A stretch of DNA of 64,000 bases from Callorhinchus milii (lineage: Eukaryota). The notes beneath the pieces were generated by a model. The model saw only the letters and a list, made by a program, of their open reading frames with translations, did no database searches and was not told where the DNA came from. The translations under genes were made by a program, and so were the position numbers. The stretch lies in contig NW_024704783.1 in the NCBI RefSeq assembly GCF_018977255.1, positions 434,001 to 498,000 on the forward strand. Direction: 5' to 3'. This document shows positions 61,421 through 64,000 of this stretch, piece after piece (position 1 is the stretch's first letter; each line of letters begins with the position of its first letter).

Positions 61421-62595
61421 TGCTTTAGTATATACTTTAGTTGATCATTTCACTTTGGATTTCAAAAATAACAACAATAATTACCAGTTTAGGTTAATTA
61501 TAGGGAAGTGCGAGTTTCAATTTCTTAAACTCGATTTTTGCTCATTTTGAATAAATGTAACGCGGCTCAGCCCCCATCTTCCAACCTCCCCAATACCGAT
61601 CCCCAGCTCAGGTCCGAAACACATAAGGTCCAGTTACGTGGGACGTCGCCTCAACGTTAAAAGGCGCTACATATATTTAATTTTGTTCTTGTTATGGTTG
61701 GGTTTGGTGGGCACTATAAATCATCAACAGAAGCATTGCTACCATTTTCATTTTCTGGAACGAAAATTAACTCCACATCCAGTGACCTGGAGTTCGACAT
61801 CTCTTGTGTGCAACAAAACAATAAAATTTGCATTGATATAGCGCCCCTCACGTCGGACAACGTCCCTGAAGACAAATCAAAGTTATTACAATGGTGTCCT
61901 TTCGAGTACAGTGACTAAAGTTGTTTAAAATTATAAAGTTCTTGGAGTTATAATGTTTCAGTCTTGCAGAACAATTAATTTCTCTGTGAGATAATGCAAG
62001 TGTGACGAAATACCGAAATGACATTGACAACAGACTCTGTGCTTTTAATCTAATCAAGTTATTTTTTCCCCTCACCTGCCAAAGAACTTTGATGGCAGTG
62101 GAATTTGAGCTGAATCCTGATCATAAAACCAACAGGGATCAAGGCAAGATGGTCAATCGATTACCGTATTGCAATTGCTTCTATTTGTATTATAGGTTCC
62201 TTTGTTTGTATCTTCAGTGACTGATCATATTCACTTTCACTGAACAAATATTGCAGGCCACCAGCAAAGCAACCAATTAATTGAAAATCACAGACTACTG
62301 TGACTCTGTATTTCTGTGTATCCATTGAAAGGCTCCGATATGTTATTGCGGGTCGGGATGAGCTCGTCTTTTTTGTGAATTGCAATGTTCCAATTGATAT
62401 AGCAGTTGAGTACACATTCAAAGAAACATTCTCTCCCAAAATACACTTTCAAATCGCTATAAAGTTAACGCTTGGAATCTTTCTCAGATTTCCAGCTAAT
62501 GGGGAAATTGGTACTTCTAAAGCAATTGTTATTATTGATAACATTCAGATGACATTTTGATTTCCTGAACAGAAAATTACAGCTCGGTTATCTAC

Positions 62596-62669
62596 GGCAC
62601 TCTGGCTTATTTGGTGAAAACAGCTGTCTTGTAAACAGGAACTCCTGGATTCAAATCCCAGCGATGCCT
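62596..62669 (+). pseudogene. tRNA-Thr(TGT), degenerate
   Basis: ggcactctggcttatttggtgaaaacagctgtcttgtaaacaggaactcctggattcaaatcccagcgatgcct. Confidence 0.75.
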
Positions 62670-63111
62670 CTTCTGCTGTGTTTTTGAAAGCAGTATCTCC
62701 ATATTTTGGAAAAGAGACTTCGGCAATTTCTTAATCTTCAAATGGTTTTGCTGTTGTAATTGTTGACATGGGGATGCACCTTGCAGTCTACTGCAATGCT
62801 ACAGGTTTTCTGAATTGGCTGAGTTAACAAAGAGAACATAAACTGAGGCTACGGCTGTCTAGTCAGATCGACATTAGTGCTGTTGGTGGAATATTGTTGT
62901 GCGAAAATTGTTTGTCCAATTCTCCCACAAAAATATTCCCGGCATATTACAATGTATTTTGTAAAGCTCTCGGACGTGCTCTATGCAATTCAACGATTAA
63001 TTAGTTGTTTGCGTTGTTAGCACGCTGAACGTTTGCTCCTCTCGGTGAAGATAAATATTTACAATTGACGAAAATTATGTACTTGGCATGAATCACGAAA
63101 CGGGCAAAAAG

Positions 63112-63185
63112 CTGCGAAAGCCGGGATTGAATAGGAAACCTTCAGATCTTCAGTCTAACGCTCTCCCCAACTGAGCTATTTCGGC
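63112..63185 (-). pseudogene. tRNA-Phe(GAA), degenerate T-arm
   Basis: GCCGAAATAGCTCAGTTGGGGAGAGCGTTAGACTGAAGATCTGAAGGTTTCCTATTCAATCCCGGCTTTCGCAG. Confidence 0.8.
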
Positions 63186-64000
63186 TTTCATGGACTACTC
63201 CATTGTAGTATTCACGGTACCTTATGACCAGATCAATATAAACCGAGATAGGAGAAGCGGGAATCAGAGAATTGGCAAAGATGGTCAACCTACTGACATA
63301 TATTTGTCGACGATCAATCTTGGAATGTGAGCACTTTGTTGTAGAGAAAGCGAATATTTTGCAGGGAAAAACCGTTTGCTGGATGAAGGTTGAGGATTTG
63401 GAATGAAGGAAGAACAATACGGAGTTTCTTCCCTCTTGTTGCAAAGCGTGGGCCTTGGTTAGGAAATGGGTGATTAGGCAGTCAGGACGGTAGCTGTTGG
63501 ACAACCATGAACCTGGCTGAGAATTCACATGCAGGAAGGGAGTGAATTTGGGACGGTCCAGGAGTGAAAGGAGGCGGGGAGGCCGTTGAGGGAGTAGACT
63601 TTTTTGCGCATGCGACAGGAATGTTGAATGAGGTAACAACTCGGATAAGGGGATTCAGCCGAGTTGAACAGTGGGGCAGGGTTCAACGAGGGACATGGAG
63701 AAGAATCAAGTGGCCAATTCGGGAACAATTTTCCTCAATCCCTCCGCTTTGTCGCTTCCATTTTCAAATGGCGCCGAGAAACCTTCCTTTTTCATCTTAT
63801 TAAATGTTCACCTCCCCTGCTTCCTCTTCTCTGGTTCGGGGTCAGCGTCCACCACTGTTAAGCACTCTGGGCCGCTGACACCCGCGAAGTGTGCTAAATA
63901 AATGCATATTGCTTTTGTAAAAATTAAACTATAGATTCTGGGATAGCTTGGAAAAAATCCACCGCACCAAATGATGAAAAAAAACTTTCCCACATTGTAT

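Overview
Vertebrate genomic DNA, most likely from a cartilaginous fish. A chimaera/elephant-shark-like genome is inferred from the repeat content (L2 and CR1 LINEs, tRNA-headed Deu-type SINEs) and the GPR139-like receptors. (1) About 0.7-15 kb, minus strand: a multi-exon group-B SRCR membrane receptor gene of the WC1/CD163 type. It has 9 readable SRCR exons, one pseudo-exon, a TM exon and a YQEI cytoplasmic exon, with tandemly duplicated WC1-a1-like N-terminal domains and several lesions (in-frame TGA, mutated splice acceptors). (2) Two paralogous GPR139-like class A GPCR genes on the minus strand (26.9-28.6 kb and 56.5-57.4 kb). (3) A dispersed cluster of about 17 tRNA genes/pseudogenes (32.2-63.2 kb). 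Besides the ordinary intron-containing Ile(TAT), the Lys(TTT), Arg(TCG) and Pro(TGG) genes carry introns at the canonical 37/38 position, each satisfying the anticodon-intron base-pair rule; this is the most striking signal in the window. (4) A near full-length single-ORF L2 LINE (36.36-40.29 kb) with 3x88-bp 5' monomers, plus many L2/CR1 fragments and partner SINEs. All calls were made by eye; no searches were run.
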